Below are positions 1-13,100 of a stretch of DNA of 64,000 nucleotides, in pieces (the stretch's first letter is position 1; each line of letters starts with the position of its first letter). Both the position numbers and the translations under genes were made by a program. The notes beneath the pieces are model-generated. The model saw only the letters and a list, made by a program, of their open reading frames with translations, ran no database searches and was not told the DNA's origin. Source of the DNA: Ophelia neglecta (lineage: Eukaryota); the NCBI GenBank assembly GCA_965285935.1, contig OZ260665.1:40672001-40736000 (forward strand). The letters are read 5' to 3'.

Positions 1-2736
1 ACCCAAAATTAACTTACTCTTTAATGCAGTCCGATGAGCATGCAAAAAACGGCAACATTAATATAGCAGCCTCCATACTGATCCAAACTATACAACAAGC
101 AGGCGAAGTCAAGGAAAGTCACCATCGAAAACATAACATACATGTACATGTCACAGACAGGAATCAGGGCTGGTGGGATCAGGACTGTCAGTTAGCAAAA
201 CAGCAGGTAAACAAGGCTCTTAATGCATGGCGCAGAGTAAATAGTAATGCTCGTCTTGATTCTTATCTGACTGCGAAGAAACACTTAAAGGATATTTGTC
301 GTTCTAAGAAACTGTTATTTAAGCAGTCAAACCACCATACCATACTCCAGGCTGTAAAAACAAACAATTGTGTCTGGAAAGAACTTAAGGATATTAATTC
401 AAATAATGCTGGTATAAATAAGGATATTTCAATTGGAGAATGGTATAATTATTTCCAAAGACTACTAAATGTTCAGCCAGACAGTTCTGGTTCAAACTTT
501 ACAGATTTAATTGACTCTTATGACCTACAGGGTGATAAGCGCAACGTTATTGATCCTGAAATCTTAAATTGTGAGATTTCAACTGTAGAAATATATTCAG
601 TAATTACAAACTTGCCAAATGGTAAAGCAGCAGGTCCTGACGGCATAATATATGAAATGTTTAAATCATCTACAGGTATCCTTGTGCCACACTTGCATGT
701 TCTGTTTAATGCTATTATGGATAATGGTGTCTATCCCGATTCCTTGTGTGAGGCTATAATATCCCCTTTGTTTAAATCAGGGTCAAAGACAGAGGTTGGT
801 AATTATCGTGGCATTTCTCTTTTATGCACGGTTGGTAAGATTTTTATGAAAATTATCAACAATAGGTTGTCAAATTGGGCTGATGAATATGATAAATATA
901 GTGAATATCAGTCTGCATATAGGAAGGGTCGAACGACAACTGATCATATTTTTTCGTTATATTCCATGGCTCAAAAGTATTTAAGCAAAAAAGGAGGTCG
1001 GTTCTATTGTGCCTACGTTGATTTTAGTAAGGCGTTCGACTCAGTCCCTCATGTGCAGCTTTGGTATGTTTTGATAAAAGAAGGCATCCATGGAAAGGTT
1101 TTGTCTGTACTTAGATCCATGTATTCAAAATTACAATCCTGTGTAAAAACGCCCCATGGATTGAGTGAATTATTTAATTGTATATCAGGGACCAGACAAG
1201 GCTGTATGATAAGCCCTTTTTTATTTATATTATACTTAAATGAACTCATTGAACTATTGTATTTAAATAATTGTGATGGAATATTTGTTACCAAAGATTT
1301 CCCCTCAGTACTTCTATTGACGTACGCTGATGACATTTCTATGGTCAATGACATGGTAGGCCGATTGCAGAAAGAACTTAACATACTTAGTAATTTTTGC
1401 AAAATGTATGGTATGCAAGTAAACCTGTTGAAGACAAAAGTTATGGTTTTCCGCAATGGAGGACAGTTACGCAAAAATGAAAAGTGGTTTTATAATGGAA
1501 AACCTGTTGAAGTAGTGTCATATTATAAGTATTTGGGCATATTGTTTTCATCCAGATTATGCTGGACACCTTGTTTTAATACTCTGGCTGCACAGGCCGA
1601 GAAAGCAGTGCGAGCAATACAACGTCTTCATAAAAAATGTGGTAGACTATCTTTCAATCTTTATTTTGATTTATTTGATAAATTGGTCCTACCAATACTC
1701 TCATATGGTGCAGAAGTTTGGGGTTGTGATGTAGGGGAGCAGATTGAGGCTATCCAAAGAAAATATTGCAAATTCGTTCTGAACGTCCCCTCACAGACAC
1801 CAACAGCAGCTGTATTGGGTGAGTGTGGACGACAACCACTATATATTCACTGTGTCCTTAAATTTGTAAAATACTGGCTTAATATATTAGAAATGGGCAA
1901 TGACAGATTACCTAAGGCTTGTTATAATATGTTGAAGAATCTTGATGATAATGGGAGACAAACTTGGGCAGGCAGTGTACGCAGGACTTTATTTTCCTAT
2001 GGTTTTGGTCATGTCTGGCTTCAGCAAAGTGTTGGCAATAGACATATTTTTATTCTTGAATTTCGACAAAGAATGTCTGATATTGCTGATCAAGATTGGC
2101 ACAGTTATTTGTTATCATATAGTAAATTAGATATGTACTCAGGGTATAAATCGCAGCTCGAACCTGAGAAATATTTGTCTTGTCCTAATATACCTTTTAA
2201 ACATAAATGCTCTCTAGCTAGATTTCGATGTTCAGCTCACAAGTTAGCCATAGAAAAATATCGAGGTTTGATGGATAGAGAAGAGAGAATCTGTCTATAT
2301 TGTCAGCAAATATTTAACACAATTGTAATTGAAGACGAGTACCATTTTCTGTTAGTATGTCCATTATTTACAAAGCTCAGGACAACTTATATTAAGAAAT
2401 ACTTCTATGAGCATCCAACTTTACAGAAATTTTTCTCATTAATGTCCTCAAATTTTTACTGGGAGCTCAAAGATGTAGCAAATTTTATTCATAATGCCTT
2501 CATATTGTACAATGAGAATAGCCACATGTCTATTTCTGAGGTGTAACATCTTAATTGTAAATTTATGGAAAAATTGGGTGGTTATAATATGTCAGTCTTG
2601 TATGGACCATATAACATGTATACTAAAAACAGCTTTGTATAGACTATACTACATGAATATTTAAACATATTGTATATATGTATATGTACCATGGGTCTAT
2701 GGCCCGATTAGTACTTGAATAAACTACTACTACTAC
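1..2736 (+). mobile_element. LINE element, 3' end complete (3' UTR, hairpin, AATAAA, (CTA)n tail)
   Basis: ORF stops at 2546. GGGTC-TAT-GGCCC hairpin at 2693-2705, AATAAA at 2718-2723, then CTACTACTACTAC to 2736. Confidence 0.9.
3..2546 (+). CDS. Non-LTR retrotransposon (LINE) ORF2, reverse transcriptase plus C-terminal CCHC zinc finger; 5'-partial, RTE-X-like
   Basis: 840-aa uninterrupted ORF with RT motifs KAAGPDGI, YRGISLL, QSAYRKGRTT, YVDFSKAFDSV, GTRQGCMISPFLF, YADD and YKYLG, plus C-terminal CLYC...EDEYHFLLVCP. The frame is open upstream of ATG 24 to the window edge, so the endonuclease probably lies outside the window. Confidence 0.95.
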   Translation, partial: PKLTYSLMQSDEHAKNGNINIAASILIQTIQQAGEVKESHHRKHNIHVHVTDRNQGWWDQDCQLAKQQVNKALNAWRRVNSNARLDSYLTAKKHLKDICRSKKLLFKQSNHHTILQAVKTNNCVWKELKDINSNNAGINKDISIGEWYNYFQRLLNVQPDSSGSNFTDLIDSYDLQGDKRNVIDPEILNCEISTVEIYSVITNLPNGKAAGPDGIIYEMFKSSTGILVPHLHVLFNAIMDNGVYPDSLCEAIISPLFKSGSKTEVGNYRGISLLCTVGKIFMKIINNRLSNWADEYDKYSEYQSAYRKGRTTTDHIFSLYSMAQKYLSKKGGRFYCAYVDFSKAFDSVPHVQLWYVLIKEGIHGKVLSVLRSMYSKLQSCVKTPHGLSELFNCISGTRQGCMISPFLFILYLNELIELLYLNNCDGIFVTKDFPSVLLLTYADDISMVNDMVGRLQKELNILSNFCKMYGMQVNLLKTKVMVFRNGGQLRKNEKWFYNGKPVEVVSYYKYLGILFSSRLCWTPCFNTLAAQAEKAVRAIQRLHKKCGRLSFNLYFDLFDKLVLPILSYGAEVWGCDVGEQIEAIQRKYCKFVLNVPSQTPTAAVLGECGRQPLYIHCVLKFVKYWLNILEMGNDRLPKACYNMLKNLDDNGRQTWAGSVRRTLFSYGFGHVWLQQSVGNRHIFILEFRQRMSDIADQDWHSYLLSYSKLDMYSGYKSQLEPEKYLSCPNIPFKHKCSLARFRCSAHKLAIEKYRGLMDREERICLYCQQIFNTIVIEDEYHFLLVCPLFTKLRTTYIKKYFYEHPTLQKFFSLMSSNFYWELKDVANFIHNAFILYNENSHMSISEV

Positions 2737-3635
2737 ATAAAAGCCCCTTAGGTTTGTTAGCATTAAACCCAGGAACCAGAGAAGCTCGCTCGATTATTAA
2801 TCAAAGGAAAAAACTTAATAAGATGCGCAATCGAACAGACTAGGCACTGGCTCATAACGCCTGTTCTAATATCACACGAGCACTAAAGAAGACTTATAAT
2901 CAGAAAAATACGAAATCTCCTCGGAATGCGCAATAAAGGAATGGCACAAGTTGATAAAGTTGCCATCTCAAATGCCACAGTAGTTGCGATTTACCGATTA
3001 AGCCTAGAAATTCACTAGTATGTCATGTCATCAGACAGGCTAACATCTTTAACAATGTCATTGTTAATCAACGCACCAGGCAGAAGTCCCAGTGTGCAAC
3101 AATCCAAGAATTTATTCTAAAATCTCGAATTTGGCTATCAAAAAATATCAGGTTTATGAACTTATTGAAAAACCTGGATTAATCAAAAGCAACTGGGCCG
3201 AGTGTGATTGACTGCCGAATGTTAACAGAGACGGAATTGGCCCTATCCAGACCTTTGTATGACCTCTTTCTACTTGTATATTGCAGAATCTACATATCTA
3301 AAAGGCAGGAAAAGATAAAAAACGGGAGAGGATATCCGGCAGACTAAGCCAACTCATTAGTCAAGAATAGTCCTTAATTCAAATCTGTCCGAAATCGTCG
3401 GGAACCAGCAGCCACGGGCCCACAAATATCAATCAATCAGTCTCCAGCTCCCAAACAGTCGATAGGCGTGTTCAAAAACAACAAATTTCACCCCAATTCA
3501 TAAAAATGTCCAGGGGCTGATTATGATACTGGCCGATCCATTGCAGCCAAAGTCATGTCTAAATCCTCACTTCCGACCTATTTGGGATTACTAGGAAAGA
3601 TTCTTCGATCGTTTAAATGTTGTTGGGATGTTATT

Positions 3636-3747
3636 GCAGTAGATTCGGAAGGTCGAATCTACTCTAGACACTATAGACAGTAGATTCATAAATTGAACCA
3701 AGTAGATTCGTGCATACGGATCTATTTCGTGCATACGAATCTACTGC
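3636..3747. mobile_element. Small MITE-like fold-back element (~112 bp)
   Basis: Perfect 12-bp inverted repeats GCAGTAGATTCG (3636-3647) and CGAATCTACTGC (3736-3747), with internal copies of GTAGATTC and GAATCTAC. No clean TSD. Confidence 0.6.
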
Positions 3748-3759
3748 CTAAAAGACTAA

Positions 3760-4500
3760 TGGAAATAGAATGCCAGGTATCATTTGTTGTTGAGTGAGTG
3801 GATGTGAACCACCTGACTTTTTGTTTAATGATTTCGACCAAATCTGGCATTTCGGGTCTATGGCTAATACCGGGTTCATACGGAGTCAGTGGGAACACAT
3901 ATCAACTTCTTACAAATTATTTATCTGACAGGTGGCAACGAGTTACTTCGCCAAGGTGCTACTCCCACTGGAGGCCTATTACTCTTGATTCTTAATTTAT
4001 GTAAACGATATTGTGCAATCTATCAATGGCAACATTTTTCTGTTTGTTGACGACAGCTCGCTTTTTTATCCATTTAACCAGGGTTAACAACGTCTGGTTG
4101 AGGAGGCCTGTAATTCGGAACTGTTGACCTTCTGACAGGTGTGATTGATGGAAACTCAGAATAAATGTCTCTTAAACGCAGTTTATTCTTATTAGTTAGA
4201 AAAGCAAACCGCCAGTTCCAGATTTCTTAAGAAAGCTGTATAGAGAATAGGATTATTAAAGAGATTAACAATTAACTTTCTAGAAAAGGGTTGACCAGCC
4301 TTATACTATTTTTTAAAGATCAACCATGGAGTACAACGCAATAATATTCGACAGTTGTATGAATTTAGTCTTCGGCTTTGGAAGACATTCAGTTAGATAC
4401 TATAGGGTTGCTCACAGGTAGTACTTCTCAAGGACATATGTACTTCTCAAGGATATATTTATGTTGACAGTGGCTTTCGACCTTTGCTAGAAAAGTTCTT
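3760..4500 (+). pseudogene. Decayed CR1/L2-group LINE RT fragment
   Basis: Hand translation gives SYGVSGNTYQLLTNYLSDRWQRV, LIYVNDIV and LFVDDSSL (compare LFADD), broken by frameshifts and stops. Confidence 0.75.
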
Positions 4501-7500
4501 AATTAGGCCTACTGAAATTTCATTATATTAATCGTGGAGCCTTATTCTCCTTTCTCTCCCATTGGTCACTTAATAATATTCGTAGCTCTTAGTAAAAAAA
4601 AAAGTTCCTAAATTAAGGCATCTAAAAAAAGAAGTCTACGCCGATTATACCTAAATATTGCCCCTACTAGTCAATCTTGCAAAGTTGAGGACATATTGCA
4701 GCATATTAAACGATGATTTAAACCTGTAAAAATAAGAGCATCTCACGCTTCCGAATTTGGTTATTTGTACAATTTTGTAAAATAAAATGATTGAAAAGGG
4801 TGTGTTTTAAGTTTTGGGAGACTAATTTGTGCGTCCCTTTTGACGGAAAAGTTGGGGGCCGGGTTTCGTCCTCTTGACCTGTTTGAAGGAAAATACCATC
4901 GAGCCTGTAAAATCAAACACAAGCCGATCTGTAACAAGCCGATAAAATTGACAATTCAATTTGACATTTCTTGCCTACGAGATGCAACTTTTACATGTCT
5001 AAATCACGCAAACCTTAGATGCAATCCCATCCTCACAATATTAGTTCTTGCTTTTTTTGTCAATCTTGTGGGATAGATTGAGAAAAGAATGCCCTTTGTA
5101 GAGTGTGACTAAGCCTAACGAGTTTACTTCAAATAAGACTGACAGCCATTGCTCAGAGTCCCCACCCACTCTCATTCACACACACATATATATATAAATA
5201 AGGCTTTCAAAATTTGCCCTAATTTTCCTTTACATTTTATTCATGTTAGGCCATATGGTACAAAAGACAGCAACGGGCAGCTGGGTCACATGTACCCGTA
5301 GGCCTACAGACTCTGATGAGCAAACTGATGTACAGTAAAGTATCTTCATTTTTAAGAAATCTTCCAAACGGTTTATTAACTTTTCGTTTTTTGTTAGACA
5401 CTTATCATAATATTCTTGCTAAACTTTATTGTCCTGCACATCTATTGCTCGTCTATTGCGAAAATACACCGAACTGACCACTGAATCTGAATATATTCTA
5501 ATTCGTGTAGCCTATGTCACATTGTTAATAAAGTGAAAAATAAACTCTAAACATTAAATAATATTTTAGCCCGGTAAAACACCGTTATCGTTAAATCCAT
5601 TGCAAACCATAAATGCCAAGCGTTCCCGTATAAGGCCTACACATGTATTGAAGGGTCCCTGTGTTACATGCCATATGGGCAGTCGGAATGACTTCACCAT
5701 CAGATTTAGTCCAGCTCCTAATCGAGCAGGCGACAGCACTACATATCACTATTACTTAGGTATAGAATTTGCAGCGCAGATTAGGCCTATATGCTCATAA
5801 TAATCCATTTAGGTATCTGACCAAAATGAAAATTACATATATAGAAAGCCATGTTATATACATAAGTCCTAATCATACCGGACTTTTTTGTTGTTTCAGT
5901 CACTTTAACAGGTAGGGAAATTAGGCTTGTTAAATAGATTTCCCATGTTAGATCCCCATGCGCAGCTGTAAGTAGCCCTACCAACCTCTTGCTGACAACA
6001 GTCTCTTTAATTGCAAAGACTCTGAGGCTTTAAGGTGAAAAACAAGCTGCTGGTTAACAGTATGCAATATCTCGAGCTGGCCGTAATCCGACCAATCTTA
6101 TTTGTGTAACATTGCCTTAGCAAGGGACCATTTTGTGCACAATTCAAAAAAGGAAACTTTGAGTAGCTAATCAAAGAAAGCTCACTAGCAGTCTTCGTTG
6201 TTTTATTTAAGGGAAAGGAGAATCGCAGAATATATGATCTAGCCGTTATTGCCCACACGTATTTACCTTATTTCATAATAGTCAACTTGGAACCAATATT
6301 TCAAAGCCAAAAACTTTATAGCGCGAGCTCCAGAGACACAAATTGTGCCGTTAACGTAACCTCGAGGTTCTTTTATTCCCACAAGATAGGCTACACACCC
6401 CAGAATAATTATAGGATATGCTTAAAGTCGATATGTAATGTCTTTCCTGGGATTGCGACCGATTAGTTTTTACAGTAATTACGATTTCACTATTGTGTAT
6501 GCCTTATTAACCGATATAAATTTGGTAAGCCAACTGTTTGGTTTTCATTCCTCAGTGCTACACTAAAGCTTGTGTCTGGGAGAAACGCCCTGTTTTTACA
6601 GTGGCATTTTCAAGAAAGGAATTTCAACAGCAACAATTGGTTCTGTGTAATGTACAAAGGGGACAAGGGGCGCTTTGCTGAGAAACTCGACGTTTATTTG
6701 GAGTTGAATCTTCATCGCAAGACAAGCTTCGGAGCCTAGCTCATTGAAATTGTACTTTATTTCTGCAATGGTCAGAAGAGGCCAAACTTTTGTTCCTCAT
6801 TTATAGGGAAGCCAATTGTCCCTGGAATTTCACTTTTTTTTCTTACTATAAATCCACTCGACGAAACATGATTTCTGCTTAATATTTCTTTTAGGTAGGC
6901 TACTCACCGTTTAAAAAATACGTAATGCCGTATATTAGGTTTGACGAGGTTATTTGGGCTACAAGGCCGGCTCGTGAAGAACGAAATTCCAATCAGGGGA
7001 AATACAAATAGGGCTACTTTTTCCATTCAGTCTGTCTTATTTTGTATAAGCTAACTTTTGAAAGACAGGCGTGATGCGTACAAATATATTTTATGTGCTT
7101 GCAACCATTAAGGGGCACGGGTGAAGAGTTTTTTTGAAAATGGCTTATTATATATAACCTAAGATTAAACAAAGCAAAATAAGGAACAATAGAAATCAAT
7201 AAAAAAATGTCTGATTTAAGGATGCATATAAAATAAAGGCCACACATGAATTAAATCTGTGTAATTCATCGAAGAAATAGACTATATGACTGGTAACTTG
7301 TTTTCGGTGAAATGAACCCCTATAGACTGTTAAGCATGTAGTGATTTCCCTAGCGCTCATAACCCTAGGACTCAGATCTGGATGAATGGCAGTTATATCT
7401 AATATGTGTCTCTAAATTTGAAAGAAATTAATTGAATCCATTAAAATTTGACTTTTTTACCTTATTTGGGACATTGAGTGAAAAAACACGGACGGCCGTC

Positions 7501-7811
7501 CTTCCGACGGACCAGACATACTCGGGCAGACGAGACACACTACTAAGGTATAAACTTGATAGATCACAACATTAAAACATGGCTTTCACTGTAATGTTAC
7601 ATAAAAACGGACATAAAAATAAGTTTTTACCAGACAATGTACACATCAAAAACCTATCTGCTACATTAAAAGTGACAGAACCATAATTACTGCCTTGTTC
7701 GGTATCAAAATGAAGGCACAGTGAATGATTGTGCCAAACATTGAAGGGGTGCAAATGTTAAACGTAAAACCTTGTGACAAGGCTATCTGATAACTATATA
7801 TTATCCAGTGC

Positions 7812-7953
7812 GGAATGCGCTGCAAGGAATGCACTTCGAGGTATGCGCTGCGAGGAATGCGCTGCGAGGAATGCGCTGCGAGGAATGCGCTGCGCGGAAT
7901 GCGCGACGGGGAATGCGCTGCGCGGAATGCGCACGCGCGGAATGTGCGGCACG
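7812..7953. repeat. GC-rich 14-bp minisatellite, consensus GGAATGCGCTGCGA, ~10 copies
   Basis: Tandem units are directly visible. They explain the repetitive ORFs 7661-8083, 7774-7959 and 7808-8008. Confidence 0.95.
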
Positions 7954-9987
7954 TTATGAGCAGGGCGGAATGAGCAGCGCGAAATGCGCAGCGCTGAATA
8001 CGTTTTAAAGCGCAGCGCCGAAAGCGATATTGAACAAGGTTAGGTATTTTGGCGTATACTGCAGTATATATAGGACTAGTCACTCATTTATATTTATACA
8101 TGGCCCGTAACAAAGGTGGCCTACATTCTAATTTCTTGTAATTTCTTATAATTGAATAGAAATCTATTATTAGCTTTACTAACTTTATTTGAAATGTCTA
8201 TTATACCTTCATTGTATGTGGAGTATGTGATTACGAAGAAAATGTTCATCATGCAAAGCACATTCTGGATATGATGGATAAAAATCACTAACATATTGTA
8301 TGAATAATTTGTTATTAAACGAAAAAATATATCATCCAGGCCTTGATATGTGTCTAAATGAGAAAGAAGATTTTCTGACTATGTATAAGTCCTGCCCTTC
8401 AGCAAACTAGTCATAGAATCGTTTTTCATTTATAAAGTGAAAAGATACAGATCTGCTATCAAAGGAGCGCAGTTGGTCCCTAGTCATTAGTTTGGAAATC
8501 ACCCCACTATGGGACTATTATCACTGTGACAGTGGTTTTTCCGATTCATCGCAATATTGAGTGCCACGGATTTTTTTCAAGTCTCAACGACCGCAGGGCG
8601 CAGCACTTTCTGTTGGTTTGTGTATACTTCATTTCGCCAGGTTCTCGGATATTTTTAGTGGACATGTTAGGTTTTTATATTCGGAACAAATGACGAGGAC
8701 ATGTCACCGGAACAAGGTATAAACGTTTACCAGTATTAAATCCCGATTATATCATTAATTTCTGCGTCCCGGCAGTTTCAAAGCCCGATTTGCTAATATA
8801 ATTGCTGTGTCTATTATTCAAGACTTTCCGCTTCCTAACTTAAAGGTATTTAATCACACGATAAAATGAATAGGCCCATTGGAAGGTACGTACAGTTAAT
8901 AACAAATAATAATAATAATTATATGATAGAAAATATTGGTAAATAATTAATATAAGCTGCCTTTTATTTAACATAACGATCGTTCTTCTTGTATAAATTG
9001 CTAATACTATAATATAATCAGAATTGATACAAGAAATATTAAAATTACGTCGCAGGACGATTTTCGTGTTGCACAAGGAGTCTATGAGGACATTGAAAAT
9101 GATAGACGCTAACGCACTCACCGCTATATTGCAATAAAAAAAAATTTAAACCATGGAACATAATATAAACATATATTCCTGTACATGATTTGGTATTAAC
9201 AATTTGTTTTCATTGGTTTAAAGTTATGCAGGATGTAGTACAAGGTGACCTTCTTTATCGCTACTTTGAGCTTGTTTATTACTGACCTTGTAATTCGCTT
9301 CAAGTCAGTATGCTAAACATTGATCGGGGGAGTTGTAAATCTAAATTGTCTTTTATATGTCAGTAATATGGTCTTCCTTGCAGAATCACGGCAAAAACTT
9401 TTTGCCTGAACTGTACGACTGTTTTCTCAATATGCAACTAAAAGTAATTGTTGGGGAAACAAATTTGCTCACAAGACAGGGCAAACACCACCTTAATATC
9501 TCGATCCTACCAACACTCATATTAACTGCACGGGCGTTCTATGCACAGTTGCTGTTAATATCACGAATTTTCTCGGCAACTGAACCATCAAACCATCTAA
9601 CTTAATTTCCGCTGTCATACAGCGATGAAGGCGACAACATGTGGGATCTCACTGACAGATACTTGATAACTTGGTAGTCACTTATCCGGCGTATAATCAG
9701 ATGCCAAATTAGTCTCTAGCCCCCTAGTATGTTTTATCATTTTGTCGGAGCCGATGCATGTTATTGATTTTGACCACGCGGGGAAAAGCACCGGAAGACA
9801 GCTGAAAGCGTAGGCTTTCCACCAAGCATCTCCCAGCAGGACCCTCCATCCTTCTTGCATTATGCCCCACAGCTTTTGTATTGACCATTGACCGACGCAT
9901 TATAGTGATTTCACCATTTCGTTTTCATAGAAATGCATGTATACATCAAAATTGATATGGAGTTTAAGTTTACTAAAACATACTCAC

Positions 9988-10148
9988 CGCAAGCAGTAAT
10001 ACTCAGACCAACGGTCAGACACTCTGCCTTCTATTGTTTGAAATCCACTATGTACCTCCGCACAAGGCAAATCGGTTGACTTCTCTTTTATCGTTCTTGT
10101 TGCACACGTTCCCCTTTTCTTTACACTGTCTTATCTCTTTACATACAC
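9988..10148 (-). other. Candidate exon (161 nt), non-coding or stop-containing
   Basis: Minus-strand acceptor CTTATGTTGCAG| and donor |GTGAGTA. All three frames contain a stop. Confidence 0.35.
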
Positions 10149-13100
10149 CTGCAACATAAGTGTAATAACTTTTTTTTAGTTGAATCGGTTAGAAGGCAAA
10201 TATAAGTAGATGTCGTCGTGGTTATTTAATATAAAGAACAGTAATGGCGAAATAATACGTTGGGCTAGTTATTTATAATCATTCCCATGGTAGGCATAGG
10301 AAGGTTAGGTTTTGTGAATATACCTTAGTCCTTGTAGTTGGTCCTTCCGATAAAGAACTGGCGGTGGATGACTATTTGAAAATTTCAAATGACAAATTTC
10401 AGTCGTTAATTAATTGATGTTTATACAATTCTAGGATGCTATTGTCGTCAATTGTCATTACACCGCTGACATTTGTTGAACTTATAATCATTCTCACGTT
10501 AATGCCTATGTACTTTTGGTATTTTATGTTTACACTAACTGTAGCGATACGGTTTCCAACGTATCCAACATAGGATACTAACTTGTATGTATGTTCTAAC
10601 CATGGGATATGATTGACGACCGTTTTAATTGCACCTTATGTCGAGATTATATAATAAAGGTGATTTTTTTTCAACTTCAGCTGTTTTCCGTAATCTCTGA
10701 AAGAAATTGTCAGGTGGGGCTTCTCGCGAGGAATAATCATCGTTCGAAGGTAAGTCCATTTCACTTTTCGCTGTACATGTGTGGCTCCATGATTTGACTT
10801 CATATTTATATGCTCACGAGTAAATCTCATTGAAGTTACAGCAGTCAGGTTGTCGAGGCTCCGAATGAAGCACTATTAACTGGTATTGATGGCAATGAAT
10901 GTTCTGCAAACTTTACAACTGTCATAAAATATCGAAAGGGGCTAGCAACTGTTATGATATATGAGGTCGTAAAACACTACTGCCTGTTCCTCAGTATTTG
11001 GTTTTATGCTCAAATCAGTCAAATTGTTCGATTCCTTGCAAAATATAATTAGCCAATAGCATAAAACACCACCCGACGAAGGCGAAGGATGCAGATTGCT
11101 TGATCTCTAGTCAGAACATTTGCTGGCCAAAAGACAGTTTGTGTTCGACAGGGTGTACCCCGTTTTCAAGTGTAGCACAATAACTGTCACAGCTTGTCCA
11201 GTGTGTACTTCATATCGCCAATAGGTCGACCTCCATTTTTGATGTGTCATTCCTATGTCACTTCTTGTTTGTCATGTTGCAAAATCGAGGGTATTTTTAG
11301 AGAGCAAGCCAGACGTGAGGTCAGTCAGACGTGAGTGATGGTCATTCCCTGTCGCCTCCCCGCGGGCTCCACATGGCCCTCCTCAGATTTCTTCCTTTAT
11401 CACAGGCTTTACATAGATGTAATATGTGGCTGCTAGTGCCTCGGTTCCCTTTCATTGATACACTCTCATCATGCGAATAATTTTCTATTTGCATTTATCA
11501 TCTAGATCAAATCAGGTCAATGGCTATTTCTGACCGAAGCTTCTCTAATCATCCTTGCAGAAATCATCCCTGAAGCATATCTTGCACAGTGGATGAACGG
11601 ATCTTTGCTTTGTGTCACTGCAGCCTGAAACGCCAAAGATGGTTTAAAACATTTGTCATTTGTACCTAGGCACTATTTGCACGCGCATTCTTGAGATGCC
11701 CACATTTGAGTGGACTTCGGACGCTAAGTACATTTATTTGGACATGGTCATCACAAACCTAAAACATGGACAAATTAAAGGTGTATCCTATCGGCTACGA
11801 TATCTTTGCCCTTTGATAGTTTCTCAATCGTAATAAAAAGTTCTGCAAAATATAGATCAGCAAAAATAAGCAAATAATCTAGATGACTAAAGTATTTCGA
11901 TCAAGAGCTTCTAACTGGCAACATGCATGCATAATTTTACAAAAATCGGTCAATAAACAGCTGAGATAAAGCAATTTGAACTTATCAAGGTCATGGCGTG
12001 ACCTTGATTTTCAAAGTAATCAACCAGATAAGATTAGCCCAAGACCTTCTAACTGGCTACATGGGGGCAAAGATAAAAACAGTCCCTCTAGCCTAATGAA
12101 CAAAGCTTAACATCCATAACTGGAAACACTATTTACTGGCAACTTTCAAGAACTCGTTTTTGTTATTACAAATTTCAGAATACATTTTAAGATGGTTACT
12201 GGTGAATGACAGTCATAGAATGCGAGCTTGATGTTTGCAGAACTACTGTTAATGGCCACTGGTGGATTTAGCTTGATTGATAATGGATTGTCTTCAACAC
12301 ACACATTTTGTTTTGTCTGTCGTGTATCCAATGCTATTTTCTTTCTGAACCATTGTGGAAATATTGAAATTCTGCAGCTTCTCTTGATCTTAGTTTCATC
12401 CATTGTAGCGTCATATTCATCTGACCACTGGGCATTGGGCATATGACATACACTCACCAGGTTAAAGTCTGCATGTCTATGGTGAGGAATGGAATATGCT
12501 ATATCTATTGGCAAGTATAACAACTAGCGGTACTTTTGAAAACATATTCATTAGAATGCTAAATTTTTGTTTAGCCTTTCCGTTATTTGATCAAGCCACT
12601 TTCAACATTTTTTGAAAAAGTTTTTGACCAATTCTAAATTTCATTCCAGGTCTGACCAAACCAGTGAGAGTATTTAGTTCCTTTGGTTAAGATCAGTGTC
12701 ATTCATTGCTTGGTTTCAATAGCTCTGACTACAACCCTCTGCAATTTAGCTTGACATTATGTATTCCAGATGCAGATGAAAATGCAGCTGGTTGGCGCGA
12801 TATAAGTACAATCTAAAAAATCGTAATGAACACAGGAGCAACGTATTGGCAATGAAAATAAAACAGTATTTTGAGGCCTTTTCTATGTCGCCTGTAAAGC
12901 TAGAATCTATGAATTTGGTTCGGAGGTATTTTTTGATGCCATAACTAGAGCAGTTGATGAAGTTTTGGGGTCCAGGTGCTGTAACCGGACATGCCGGTCT
13001 TTGTCTTCTGCCCCATGGTTTGATTAGAGAACATCGTACTCTACGAGGTTTGGCGTTTCTAGTAACCAGTCCGACACGGATTGTATTCTTTCTTAAGCTT

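Noticed and set aside
1049-1474. 141-aa antisense ORF (and the +1942..2130 ORF)
   Set aside because: Shadow frames of the LINE RT ORF with no independent motifs.
4421-4458. 19-bp tandem duplication; similar short duplications at ~46591 and ~63472
   Set aside because: Ordinary slippage-type duplications.
7661-8083. Cys/Arg/Ala-rich ORFs resembling metallothionein or zinc fingers
   Set aside because: Translation artefacts of the 14-bp minisatellite.
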